Assembly: GCA_034664185.1 (NCBI GenBank)
Contig: JAXDIC010000020.1
Span: forward strand, 1 to 48,712
Source of the DNA: Thermoleophilaceae bacterium
Lineage (GTDB): Bacteria > Actinomycetota > Thermoleophilia > Solirubrobacterales > Thermoleophilaceae
DNA length: 48,712 bases
Direction of reading: 5' to 3'
Shown here: piece by piece, positions 7,251-16,505 of the stretch
How the letters are laid out: each line of letters opens with the position of its first letter
Position numbering within the stretch: position 1 is the first letter of the stretch
Notes under the pieces: model-generated
The model's input: only the letters and a program-made list of their open reading frames with translations
The model's database searches: none
Told to the model about the DNA's origin: nothing
Translations under genes and position numbers: made by a program

Positions 7251-8378
7251 ATGCCGGACTGGGACGGATTGTCGGCCGCGCTGGCCGAGCAGGCACGCCA
7301 CGCACGCGATCGTGGAGGGATCTGCGACTCGATCCTCGACGCCGTGGGCTGGACGCCGGTCATACGTCTGGCGCGGCTGACCCGGGACATCGACACCCAG
7401 CTGGTGGCCAAGCTCGAGACCGCCAACCCCGGCGGTTCGATCAAGGATCGCGTCGGGCTGGCGATGGTGGAGGCGGCCGAGCGCGACGGCCTTCTGCGCC
7501 CCGGCGGCACCGTCGTCGAGGCAAGCAGCGGCAACACGGGGATCGGCATCGCGATGGCCGCGCGCGTGAAGGGCTACCGCGTGGTCGTCGTGACGAAGGA
7601 GAAGACGAGCAAGGAGAAGGTCTCGCTGCTGCAGGCATACGGGGTAGAGGTCGTGATCACCCCCAGCGACGCCACGATCGACTCGCCCGACTGCTACTAC
7701 AACGTCGCCAAGCGGCTGGCGGGCGAGATCCCCGGCGCGTTCCAGCCCGACCAGTACGCGAACCCGGCCAACCCCGACGTGCACTACCGCACCACCGGGC
7801 CCGAGCTGTGGGGGCAGACCGCGGGTCAGGTCACCCACCTCGTGGCGGGCGTGGGCACGGGCGGCACGATCTCCGGCATCGGCCGCTATCTCAAGGAGCA
7901 GAACTCCGACATCGAGGTGATCGGCGTGGACCCCTTCGGGTCGATCTACACCCGCGACGAGGTGCAGCCGTGGCTGGTGGAGGGGATCGGCCAGGACGTG
8001 CGCCCCGAGACGTACGACCCGACGGTGGTCGACCGCCTGGTCAACGTGCTCGACGTTGATGCCGTGGCCATGACCCGCACGCTGGCCGAGACCGAGGGCG
8101 TGCTGGTGGGCGGCTCGTCGGGGATGGCCGCGTTCGCGGCGCTGGCGCTGGCGCGCGAGCTGGACGACCCGACCGCGCTGGTGGGCGTGATCCTCCCGGA
8201 CGGGGGCCGGAGCTACATGTCCACGGTGTTCAACCCGAAGTGGCGCGAGAAGCACGACGTGGGCCGTACCCTGCGGCGGTTCTCGCGCTTCGGACGCCGC
8301 GCGCGCGCCCGCGACCTGGCGATCTCGGAGTCACGACCGGCTGACGAGACCCGAACGACTGTCTCCCTGGAGGGATGA
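7251..8378 (+). CDS. PLP-dependent cysteine synthase / cystathionine beta-synthase-fold enzyme (no recognisable Bateman/CBS pair)
   Basis: 375 aa. Motifs are NPGGSIKDR (PLP lysine), SSGNTGIG and GVGTGGTISG. The C-terminal ~55 aa are basic and low-complexity (RRFSRFGRRARARD). Confidence 0.85.
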   Translation: MPDWDGLSAALAEQARHARDRGGICDSILDAVGWTPVIRLARLTRDIDTQLVAKLETANPGGSIKDRVGLAMVEAAERDGLLRPGGTVVEASSGNTGIGIAMAARVKGYRVVVVTKEKTSKEKVSLLQAYGVEVVITPSDATIDSPDCYYNVAKRLAGEIPGAFQPDQYANPANPDVHYRTTGPELWGQTAGQVTHLVAGVGTGGTISGIGRYLKEQNSDIEVIGVDPFGSIYTRDEVQPWLVEGIGQDVRPETYDPTVVDRLVNVLDVDAVAMTRTLAETEGVLVGGSSGMAAFAALALARELDDPTALVGVILPDGGRSYMSTVFNPKWREKHDVGRTLRRFSRFGRRARARDLAISESRPADETRTTVSLEG

Positions 8379-8379
8379 G

Positions 8380-8985
8380 ATGAGCGAAGCGACCACGGCC
8401 GCACCTGGAGCCCCCGAGGGGGCGGATAGCGCCGGCGCCACGCCCGAGGTGCGCATCGTAAAGGCGCCTCCGACGCGGCTGGACGAGGTCAAGCCGCTGT
8501 GGTTCATGCTCCACAACCACCACATCGCCGTGGCCGACGAGCGCCGCGGCCCGGTGCGCTCCGACGAGGAGTCGTGGGAGATCAAGCGCGACTGGTACGA
8601 AGGCTGGCTGGCCGAGGAGGGTGCGTTCCTGCTGCTGGCCGAGGTCGACCGCAAGGTGGTGGGCTACGCGGTCGTGCACCCGATGGATCCCGACCCCACG
8701 CCGACCTGGATCTCGCCCCCGAAGAAGGCCGAGATCGAGGCGCTGGGGATCCTGCCCGACGCCCAGCGCTTCGGGATCGGCAAGCTGATGATCGACGCGA
8801 TCAAGACGGAGAGCTTCAAGCTGGGGCTGCGGATGCTCAGCGGCGCGGTGATCGGCGGCAACCAGCAGGCCGTCCGCTTCTACGAGCGCGAGGGCGGCTA
8901 CGTGACCTACGTGAAGATCGACTTCCGCTTCGGCGACGACGCCCAGTTCGAGGATCCGGGCGTGGTCGACCAGACGGGCGGCTGA
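8380..8985 (+). CDS. GNAT-family acetyltransferase
   Basis: 201 aa with the acetyl-CoA loop DAQRFGIGKLMIDAI and FYEREGG. Its ATG lies 1 nt after the upstream TGA. Confidence 0.75.
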   Translation: MSEATTAAPGAPEGADSAGATPEVRIVKAPPTRLDEVKPLWFMLHNHHIAVADERRGPVRSDEESWEIKRDWYEGWLAEEGAFLLLAEVDRKVVGYAVVHPMDPDPTPTWISPPKKAEIEALGILPDAQRFGIGKLMIDAIKTESFKLGLRMLSGAVIGGNQQAVRFYEREGGYVTYVKIDFRFGDDAQFEDPGVVDQTGG

Positions 8986-9020
8986 GCCCGGAGGGAATCT
9001 GCCTGAGCCTGGCCGATCGC

Positions 9021-11195
9021 TCACTCGCGGGCGGGCGGGTCCCGGTGCAGGCGCGGCCCCAGGATCGCGATCGTCGCGTAGCCCATCGCCAGGTAGCTGA
9101 TGGTGATGTGGCGCGGGTAGTAGCTGACGATCGCGTAGCTCAGGTGCGGCAGCAGATAGCCCACCGGCAGCGCCAGGAGGAGGTATCCGGTGGGCGTCAG
9201 GCGCACTCGCCTGAGCAGGACCCATCCGATGGTGGCCAGCCATCCGGCCAGGACCGCCCAGTAGAACGGCGCGATCCCGCGCTGGAATGGTGCTCCCGGA
9301 GGCAGGTAGAGGAGCGCGGTGACCTGGTGCCAGAGCTTCGACCTGATCGCGGAGTCGGTTACGGCGCGGGGCAGATCGCCGACAGGGATGACGGTGTTGT
9401 TCGCCTCACTGCCGCTGGTGGGGGCAACCACGAGCCTGCCGCCGTAGGCGAGGTTGTGGATCGGGATCAACGCCGCGATGCCCACTGCGACGGCGAGCAT
9501 CGCCGCGCCCACCCGCACGCGCGGGCGCCGGGCCGCGCAGATCAGCGCCGCGAGGAGGATCGCGCCGCCCAGGGCCTGGTTCGCGCGCAGGATGAACATC
9601 GAGCCCACGCCGGCCGCGGCCAGGATCCACGGTCTCCAGCGCCTGGGAGCGGTCACGGCGAGCGAGATCACCAGCGGCAGGAGGATCCACGTCGGGTACT
9701 CCGACAGGCCCGTCAGGACAGCCCCTCTCACCGGGTCGCTGGCCAGCAGGCCGAGGACCGCGGCCGCCACGCCGAGCTGGAGCCGCAGCCGCGCCCTGGT
9801 GGGCGCGAAGCCGGCGGCCATCACGAGAGCGAGCGCCCCGACCCCCAGGGCGGTCAGCCCCATGATCGCGTGGGCGGCGTCCCCGTCGCCCCAGATGGCG
9901 TGCTCCAAGAACACCACGTAGCGGAACGCCGCCTGGTAGTGGAAGACGGCCTCACCGCCCTCGAGCGAGTGATGGTCCAGGATCGCCCTGGCCTGGCTCT
10001 CGTAGGTCAGCCAGTCGTCGCCGGGGGTGCGATACAGCACCGACCCCCAGGAGTGCAGGAGCGGCAGCACCCGGGCGGCGCTGACGACCAGCAGGGCCAG
10101 GTAACCCAGCAGGAGCGGGTGCTTGGGCCGCCTCCAGGCGATCAGCCCGAGCAGGAGCACCGAGGCGACGGCCGTTCGAACGGATTCCCTGGACAGGAAG
10201 CCGAGCGGCAGCGCCTGGAGGATCAGAGCGGTGGCGGCGGTGGCCGCGAGGATCGACCACGCGCCGCCGAGCGCAATGGCGATCGTCAGGGCCAGGAGGA
10301 GCACGAGCGCGGTCACCCCGACGTCGGTGGCGCGGGCGCCGAGCACCACGAGGACCGGCGGGGATGCGGCTTGCAGCGGCTCTGCCCCTCCGCTCGTGAC
10401 CCGGTCCACGCGGATCTGGGCGTAGGGCCGCCCGGCGGGACTCATGCGCACGGTTGGCGGCTCGGCGAAGCGGTAGACCACGCGCAGCGCGTGCCGACCC
10501 GGCGGCGCCTGCGCCAGGACCGTGCGTGGGCGCGCGTAGGCGGGGGGCAGCGGCGTTGCGCGCGCACCCAGCCACAGCCTGCCGTCGCCCACGTAGGTGA
10601 CCCGCGCACTCTCGCCCGACCCGATCTCGACGTCCCCGCGCCAGCGCGCCTCGAACGGTTGGCGCAGGCGGTACCGGAGGGCGTTCGGCAACCTGAAGTC
10701 GTTGAATCGCTCGTCGTTGAGCCACGACAGATTCCAGTCGGTGCCCGCGATGTCCTTGGAGACGTCGGCCGACCAGGGTCCGAAGTCGATCCGGGAGTCG
10801 ATGCGGGTGGCGGCGTCCGCGCGACGGGTCAGGTTCTCGTACGACCCCTCGCAGGCGCCCACGGGCGGGCGGCTGTCCAGCGGGCGATAGCAGCCGGCGA
10901 AGCCGGTCGTGGGCGCGCCGGCCAGCAGCGCCAGCTTGATGGCGACCAGCGCCACCGGCGCGAGCAGTACGAGCCGCCGAAGCGCGGGCGGCCGCCGGGT
11001 GAGGAGGGCGCCCACGCGCGCGCGCAGCTCGGAGCTGACAAGGAAGGGCAGGAGGGCCGCGACCGCGAGGAACTCGGCCGGCGTGCTGGCGGGCAGCCCG
11101 TCGAACACGGCGTACTCCGTCGAGGGCAGTACGAGGAGCAGCGCGACGCCGCCCAGCCACGCACCCACGGCTCGTCGACCGACCACCCCCGTCAT
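9021..11195 (-). CDS. Polytopic membrane protein (GT-C-like glycosyltransferase candidate) with an extracytoplasmic PA14-like beta domain
   Basis: 724 aa. N-terminal TM segments are followed by about 170 aa of soluble sequence (approx 10385-10883): TRIDSRIDFGPW...FEARWRGDVEIGSGESARVTYVGDGRLWLG, a PA14-like pattern. More than 10 TM segments follow. The gene starts 21 nt after the GT2 stop, so it is probably the last gene of the wzx-GT2 operon. Confidence 0.6.
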   Translation of the reverse strand: MTGVVGRRAVGAWLGGVALLLVLPSTEYAVFDGLPASTPAEFLAVAALLPFLVSSELRARVGALLTRRPPALRRLVLLAPVALVAIKLALLAGAPTTGFAGCYRPLDSRPPVGACEGSYENLTRRADAATRIDSRIDFGPWSADVSKDIAGTDWNLSWLNDERFNDFRLPNALRYRLRQPFEARWRGDVEIGSGESARVTYVGDGRLWLGARATPLPPAYARPRTVLAQAPPGRHALRVVYRFAEPPTVRMSPAGRPYAQIRVDRVTSGGAEPLQAASPPVLVVLGARATDVGVTALVLLLALTIAIALGGAWSILAATAATALILQALPLGFLSRESVRTAVASVLLLGLIAWRRPKHPLLLGYLALLVVSAARVLPLLHSWGSVLYRTPGDDWLTYESQARAILDHHSLEGGEAVFHYQAAFRYVVFLEHAIWGDGDAAHAIMGLTALGVGALALVMAAGFAPTRARLRLQLGVAAAVLGLLASDPVRGAVLTGLSEYPTWILLPLVISLAVTAPRRWRPWILAAAGVGSMFILRANQALGGAILLAALICAARRPRVRVGAAMLAVAVGIAALIPIHNLAYGGRLVVAPTSGSEANNTVIPVGDLPRAVTDSAIRSKLWHQVTALLYLPPGAPFQRGIAPFYWAVLAGWLATIGWVLLRRVRLTPTGYLLLALPVGYLLPHLSYAIVSYYPRHITISYLAMGYATIAILGPRLHRDPPARE

Positions 11196-11216
11196 CGCGC
11201 CGCCACTCTAAGGCGG

Positions 11217-12020
11217 CTAGAGGAGGCTGCGCCTCGCGCCGCGGACCCGCCCCCTGGTCGCCTCGATCTCGAGTGCGAGCCGGAGGCGCACCTGCCGCCG
11301 CGGCCCCGGCGTGAGCGGGTGCCTGGCCATGAAGGCAACCCACATCCACAGGGCCTCCCTCCGCGCGCGTGTCCTGTCGTTGCTGACCCCGCTCTCCGGC
11401 CCGAACCACGTGTAGGTGGCCAGCCTGCGATCGACGTACGCGAAGCGCCAGCCCGCCAGCGCCAGCTTGAGGTACAGGTGGTACTCGCCGGTCGTGGGCA
11501 GCCAGCTGGCGTAGCCCCCCACCGCGCGCGCCGCGTGCGTACGGAACGTGGGCGTGGCCGACGGGATCTCGCACGCGTCGCAGATCCTCGGGAAGCTGTC
11601 GACCGGGTGGTCGGAGGAGTCGAGGATGCCGGTGTCGCGCCCGTCCGGGTGGCGGCGAATTGCGACGTTCGAGTAGGCCAGGCCCACCGCCGGATCCTCG
11701 AACCGCGGCAGCACGGACTCGAGGTAGTCGGGCTGCCACAGGTCGTCGGCGTCGAGCTGCGAGACGAGGGGCGATCGCGCGACTCGCAGCGCGTCGTTGC
11801 GCGCGGCGCACGGGCCCCCGTTCCGGTCGCGCCGGATCACGCGCAGGCGCGGGTCGTCCACGCCGAGCAACGCCGTGGCGATGGGCACACGCGACGCGTC
11901 GTCGACCACGACTATCTCCAGGTCGTCGACGGTCTGGGCCAGCACGCTCTCCACGCTCTCGCGCACGGTGGCGTGCGCGTCGTAGGCCGGCATCAGCACC
12001 GTCGTGACGGGAGTGCTCAA
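11217..12020 (-). CDS. GT2-family glycosyltransferase; start provisional (TTG 12020 overlapping the upstream TGA)
   Basis: This is the C-terminal part of track ORF 11217..13058. VTTVLMPAYDAHATVRESVESVLAQTVDDLEIVVVDDAS and LDADD are classic GT-A/GT2 motifs. Confidence 0.8.
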   Translation of the reverse strand: MSTPVTTVLMPAYDAHATVRESVESVLAQTVDDLEIVVVDDASRVPIATALLGVDDPRLRVIRRDRNGGPCAARNDALRVARSPLVSQLDADDLWQPDYLESVLPRFEDPAVGLAYSNVAIRRHPDGRDTGILDSSDHPVDSFPRICDACEIPSATPTFRTHAARAVGGYASWLPTTGEYHLYLKLALAGWRFAYVDRRLATYTWFGPESGVSNDRTRARREALWMWVAFMARHPLTPGPRRQVRLRLALEIEATRGRVRGARRSLL

Positions 12021-13351
12021 GCGCCGGGGCTGGCCGGTGACCGGGGTGGACGAAGCCCGAGGGCCGTCGAGTCGATCGCCAGCCGGGTCCACGTCCACCA
12101 GCTCGCGATCGCGTTCCGGAGCAGCACGCTGGCGGCGAACGCGACGGCCGCGCCGCTGGCGCCGAGCGGCGGGATCAGCAACAGGCAGAGCGCGACGTTG
12201 AGCACCACGGCCACTCCGGCCGAGCCGGCGGCCGCGCGCTCGTGCTCGGTCATCATCAGCAGCGACACGTTGGGGGCGGCAGCGGCGTTGATCACGGCGG
12301 CGAGGCACAGTAGCCGCAACGCCGTGGCGCCCGCCGTGAAGTCGTGGCCGAGAATGCCGAGGATCGGATCCGCCAGCGCGGCGACGATCGCGGCTACCAC
12401 GCACGTGGCGGCCAGCACGCGGCGGGTGAACAGCGCCGTGCCCCGGCGGAGCCGCTCGATCTCGCCCGCCGCGTACAGCCGGGCGATGACCGGCGTGAAG
12501 GCCTGCAGGGAGGCCCAGATCGTCAGCACCACGACCGTGGTCACCCGCATGGCGCCACCGAGCAGGCCCGCGTCGCGCGCGCCCCCGACCGCGGCGGCCA
12601 GGGCCACGCCCGTTCCGGCGTGGACGGCCATGAGACCGTTGTTCAGGCCCATCGCCAGCGCGCTGGCGGCCCACGTGCGCGTCGCGTACGCCGGGCGGGC
12701 CAACCGAACCGCGGCGGGGATCGCGGCTCGGAGCAGCAGCACGGTGAGCAGGAGGGCGCAACCGGTGGCCGCCGCCTGGAGCAGCATGGCCCCGCCGGGG
12801 GCGAGGTGGACCCCCGCCAGCCGCAGCGCGGCCAGCGCGCCCACGAAGGCAAGCGGTCGCACCACCATGAGCGAGACGAACGCGGCGCCCACCCGCTGGA
12901 GGCCCTGGAGCGCCCCCTGGCCCAGGAGGCAGAGCGCCGTCAGCGGCACGAGCAGGCCCGCCGCCGCCACCGCCCTGGTGCCCGGCGACCCGCCGGCCAG
13001 GAGCAGCACGCCGGCTGCTGTCAGGGCTCCCACGGCGGTCGCCGTAGCCGCGGCCCATTGCCAGGCTCGTCTCAGCAGGCCGTGGAGAAGCGACAGGCTG
13101 CCCGAGGAGACATACGCGGCCGCTCCCCTCACCAGGAGCGGCACGGTTCCGAGCGTCGACGGGATCGTCAAGAGGTTGGCGACCGCGATCGCGGCGGCGT
13201 AGGCGCCGTATCCGGAGACCCCCAGCGCGCGGGCCAGGAGGATCGCGGCGCCCAGGTTGAGGGCCAGCTCGGCGCAGCGCATCGCGGCCACGCCGGCGGC
13301 GCCGCGAGTCACCTCTCCCCTGGCCCCCAAGTCGCGCGCGCGGAACTGCAC
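12017..13351 (-). CDS. Wzx-like polysaccharide flippase (MOP superfamily)
   Basis: 444 aa with about 12 hydrophobic segments and ILLARALGVSGYGAY near the N-terminus, as in polysaccharide biosynthesis (Wzx/RfbX) proteins. The start is uncertain because several in-frame GTG/TTG/ATG codons lie between 13282 and 13351. Confidence 0.7.
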   Translation of the reverse strand: MQFRARDLGARGEVTRGAAGVAAMRCAELALNLGAAILLARALGVSGYGAYAAAIAVANLLTIPSTLGTVPLLVRGAAAYVSSGSLSLLHGLLRRAWQWAAATATAVGALTAAGVLLLAGGSPGTRAVAAAGLLVPLTALCLLGQGALQGLQRVGAAFVSLMVVRPLAFVGALAALRLAGVHLAPGGAMLLQAAATGCALLLTVLLLRAAIPAAVRLARPAYATRTWAASALAMGLNNGLMAVHAGTGVALAAAVGGARDAGLLGGAMRVTTVVVLTIWASLQAFTPVIARLYAAGEIERLRRGTALFTRRVLAATCVVAAIVAALADPILGILGHDFTAGATALRLLCLAAVINAAAAPNVSLLMMTEHERAAAGSAGVAVVLNVALCLLLIPPLGASGAAVAFAASVLLRNAIASWWTWTRLAIDSTALGLRPPRSPASPGA

Positions 13352-13366
13352 GGTCCTATCCCTAAC

Positions 13367-14404
13367 ATGCCGGCCGTGAGAGCCCAGGCAGCGCGGCGCG
13401 CGCGGGACGAGGCGATCGCCCCGAGTTGGAGTCTGGAGGAGCTCGACGCGCCGCAGCCCGTGCTGCCCGTGATAACCGGGTGCGCCCGCTCGGGCACGAC
13501 CCTGCTCAAGCTCACCCTCGACAGCCGTTCCGACATGGCGATGCTGCCCGGCACCGAGCGGGACGTCCTCCTAGCCCGCCGGCCACGGAGGCTCGAGACC
13601 GACGGCGGATTGGACGTCGACCGCTTCGTCGAGCTACTCCGGAGCGGATCCTTGTGGGACCGCTGGGAGCTCGACGCGGAGGCGGTCCGGGCGGCGCTCC
13701 GCGTCGAGCGTCCTCGTACGGCGATCCAGGCCGTCCGCCGGCTCGGGGCCATCTACGCCCGGCGGCGGAACAAGACGCGCTGGGGGACCCAGGGCCCCGA
13801 GTACGCGCCGGAGATCGCGCGCATCGCGAGACGCCTGCCCGAGGCCAGGTTCGTGCATCTCATCCGGGACGGGCGCGACGTGGCGCCGGCGCTGTTGGAC
13901 GTGTTCTTCGCCACCGACAACGTCGTCGACGCCGCCGTGCAGTGGAGGCGGCGGGTCCGGGCGGCGCGCGAGGCGGGCCGCGCGCTGGGCCCCGATCGCT
14001 ACCGCGAGCTGCGCTACGAGGACCTCGTGACCGCGCCTGAGCGCACGCTCAGGACTCTGTGCGATTTCCTCGAGCTCGACTTCGACCAGTCGATGCTGAG
14101 GCACCACGAGCGCGAGATGGACACCGTTCCGACGCACCCCCAACTGGCCCACCACGGCCGCCTGACGCTCCCGGTGACGCCGGGCCTGCGCGACTGGCGC
14201 CGAGATCTCGACCCCGCCACCGTCGCGCTGCTGGAGCTGGCCGCCGGCGACGTCCTGGAGGAGCTCGGCTACCCGCTGGCCGGCCGCGCGCCGGCCACCG
14301 TGGCGGCCGTGCGCGCTCGCGGAAGGATCGCGGTGGCCACCATGCGCGACCGCTGGCAGCCGGGACGGGTCAAACGGGTCGCGCGTGTGTTGCGGGGTTC
14401 GTGA
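13367..14404 (+). CDS. PAPS-dependent sulfotransferase-family protein
   Basis: This is the C-terminal 345 codons of track ORF 12344..14404, from the ATG at 13367. ITGCARSGTTLLKLTL matches the 5'-phosphosulfate binding loop and VHLIRDGRDVAPAL matches the 3'-phosphate binding motif. Confidence 0.75.
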   Translation: MPAVRAQAARRARDEAIAPSWSLEELDAPQPVLPVITGCARSGTTLLKLTLDSRSDMAMLPGTERDVLLARRPRRLETDGGLDVDRFVELLRSGSLWDRWELDAEAVRAALRVERPRTAIQAVRRLGAIYARRRNKTRWGTQGPEYAPEIARIARRLPEARFVHLIRDGRDVAPALLDVFFATDNVVDAAVQWRRRVRAAREAGRALGPDRYRELRYEDLVTAPERTLRTLCDFLELDFDQSMLRHHEREMDTVPTHPQLAHHGRLTLPVTPGLRDWRRDLDPATVALLELAAGDVLEELGYPLAGRAPATVAAVRARGRIAVATMRDRWQPGRVKRVARVLRGS

Positions 14405-15522
14405 GACGCGTCGCCCTGTTCGTCCCGTCGATCCGCGGGGGCGGGGCCGAGCGGGCGATGGTCAACCTGGCGCGGGGCCTTGCGGAGGACGGCTGTAGCG
14501 TCGACCTGGTCGTGGCGTCGGCCTCGGCCCCCACGCTGCCGGTCGATCCCGGCGTCAGGCTCATCGACCTGCGAGCCGGTCACGTCTCCCACGCGCTCCC
14601 GCGACTCGTCCGCTACCTGAGGCGGGAGCAACCGCACGCTCTGGTGTCCGCCATGACCCACTCGAGCGTGGTGGCCGCCGCCGCGCGCGCTCTGGCGCGC
14701 GTGCCCGTGCGCCTCATGGTCGTCGAGCACAACACGATCTCGCAGATGTCCGCCAACGGCCTGCGCAGGGACCGGGTGGCCGGGATGCTGACGCGCTACG
14801 TGTATCCGCGAGTCGACGTGGTCGCGGCGGTCTCGCGCGGCGCCGCGGCGGACCTGGCGGCCTTCATCGGCATCTCGCCGGACCGGATCGCCGTGCTGGC
14901 CAATCCCGTCGTGACCGCGGAGATGCTGGACGACGCGGGCGCACCCCCCGCCCACCCGTGGTTCGCGCCGGAGCAGCCGCCGGTGGTGCTCGGGATCGGC
15001 CGTTTGGAGCCGCAGAAGGACTTCCCCACGCTGGTGCGCGCGTTCGCCGCGCTGCACGACCGGGTCGACGCCCGCCTGATGATCCTGGGCGACGGTGGCG
15101 AGCGGCCGGCTCTGGAGCGATTGGCGGGTTCGCTCGGGGTCGAGTCCCGGTTCGAGCTGCCCGGCTTCGTGCCTCGCGCCACCGGCTTCATCTCCGCCGC
15201 GAACGTGGTCGCGCTCTCCTCGCGGTTCGAGGGCCTGCCGACCGTCCTGATCGAGGCGCTGGCCCTGGGCACGCCGGTGGTGGCCACCGACTGCCCGCAC
15301 GGCCCGCGCGAGATCCTGGGCGACGGGCGCTACGGCGCCCTGGTGCCGCCGTCGAGCCCGGTGCCGCTGGCCGAGGCGCTGGAATCCGCGCTCCTCTCCG
15401 ATCGCGGCCCGGTCCCGGAAGAGGCGTGGGCCCGTTACGAGCTCGCGTCCGCCACGCGCGGCTACCTGTCGGCCCTGTTCCCGGAGGAGGCCAGGGCGCA
15501 CGCCGCGCGGAGGGCGGCATGA
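14401..15522 (+). CDS. GT4-family glycosyltransferase
   Basis: GTG 14401 overlaps the upstream TGA (GTGA). VALFVPSIRGGGAERAMVNLARGL and SSRFEGLPTVLIEALALGTPVVATD (EX7E region) fit GT4. Confidence 0.85.
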   Translation: MRRVALFVPSIRGGGAERAMVNLARGLAEDGCSVDLVVASASAPTLPVDPGVRLIDLRAGHVSHALPRLVRYLRREQPHALVSAMTHSSVVAAAARALARVPVRLMVVEHNTISQMSANGLRRDRVAGMLTRYVYPRVDVVAAVSRGAAADLAAFIGISPDRIAVLANPVVTAEMLDDAGAPPAHPWFAPEQPPVVLGIGRLEPQKDFPTLVRAFAALHDRVDARLMILGDGGERPALERLAGSLGVESRFELPGFVPRATGFISAANVVALSSRFEGLPTVLIEALALGTPVVATDCPHGPREILGDGRYGALVPPSSPVPLAEALESALLSDRGPVPEEAWARYELASATRGYLSALFPEEARAHAARRAA

Positions 15523-16505
15523 GAACGCCCCGCGGGCGCGGCCGCCGCGGTCCCGGAGTGCTGCTGGTGGGGTACGGGCCGAGGGGGCGCTCGTGGCACT
15601 CCGAGCTGGGCCGCGTGGCCTTCGTGGAGGCCGTGGTGGACCCGGACCCCGCTGCTCGCGAGGCGGCCGGGCGCGCCGGGCTAGTGGCCCACGCATCCCT
15701 TCCGGGGGCGCTGGCGTCCACGAACGCGGACGCGGCGATCGTCGCCTCGCCCGCCGACTGCCATGCCCAGCAGGCGGTCGCGTGCCTCGAGGCCGGGCTG
15801 GCTGTGCTGGTGGAGAAGCCGCTGGCCACCTCGTACGAGGACGGTGCGCGCGTGGCTCGAGCGTCGGAGCAGAGCGGTCGTCCGGCCCTCGTCGGCCAGA
15901 ACTTCCGCTACCGGTCGTGGCAGCTGGCGGTGCAGAGGGCGCTGCCCCTGATTGGTGCCCCGCGGCGCGGCGTCGTGATCTCGGCGCGGCCCGCGACCGT
16001 GGCCCGGCCGGCGGTTACGGCCATGCCCCACGGCGCGCTGTGGGACATCGGGGTCCACCACCTCGACCTCCTGCTCGTCCGCTTCGGCTCCGACGTGACG
16101 GGCGTCCGCGGGGAGGCTCGCGCGAGGCGCGGCGGCGATCCGGCGGAGGTGGAGTACGTCGTCGAGCTGGAGTGGGCGAATGGGCCCAGCGTGCTGTACC
16201 GGCACGCGGAGGGACCGCCGCTGTTCCACCACTACGAGTGGATCGAGGGCGACCGCGGCGCTCTGGCCGTGGAGAACAACCGCGTGAACCTCGTGAGCGC
16301 CGACCATCGCCCGCGCAGGATCAGGGCACGGGCCGCCCTCACCCCCGAGCGTGTCATCCTGGATGGCCTGCTCCGCTCGATCGCCACCGGTGAGGACTCG
16401 CCGCTCGCGGCCGGTCACAACCTCGCGACCATCGCACTGGTGGAGGCGGCGGTGCGCTCCATCGACACGGCCCGGGAGGTCGACTTGAAGGAAATCGCCC
16501 GATGA
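15519..16505 (+). CDS. Gfo/Idh/MocA-family NAD(P)-dependent oxidoreductase
   Basis: ATGA overlap at 15519-15522. VLLVGYGPRGRSW is the Rossmann segment, and LVEKPLA is the family EKP motif. Confidence 0.8.
   Translation: MRTPRGRGRRGPGVLLVGYGPRGRSWHSELGRVAFVEAVVDPDPAAREAAGRAGLVAHASLPGALASTNADAAIVASPADCHAQQAVACLEAGLAVLVEKPLATSYEDGARVARASEQSGRPALVGQNFRYRSWQLAVQRALPLIGAPRRGVVISARPATVARPAVTAMPHGALWDIGVHHLDLLLVRFGSDVTGVRGEARARRGGDPAEVEYVVELEWANGPSVLYRHAEGPPLFHHYEWIEGDRGALAVENNRVNLVSADHRPRRIRARAALTPERVILDGLLRSIATGEDSPLAAGHNLATIALVEAAVRSIDTAREVDLKEIAR

Noticed and set aside
8499-13202. 1567-aa plus-strand ORF, the longest in the track
   Set aside because: The translation is Arg/Gly/Pro/Ala low-complexity with no motifs. 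It runs antisense across three minus-strand genes that have clear family signatures (PA14 membrane protein, GT2, Wzx). It is a typical high-GC shadow ORF.
13282-13366. Misannotation suspected from the 15-nt gap between divergent wzx (13351) and sulfotransferase (13367) starts
   Set aside because: This is not resolvable from sequence alone. Shorter wzx starts (for example ATG 13282) would truncate the first TM/ARALG segment typical of Wzx proteins. I kept the long form and flagged the start as uncertain.
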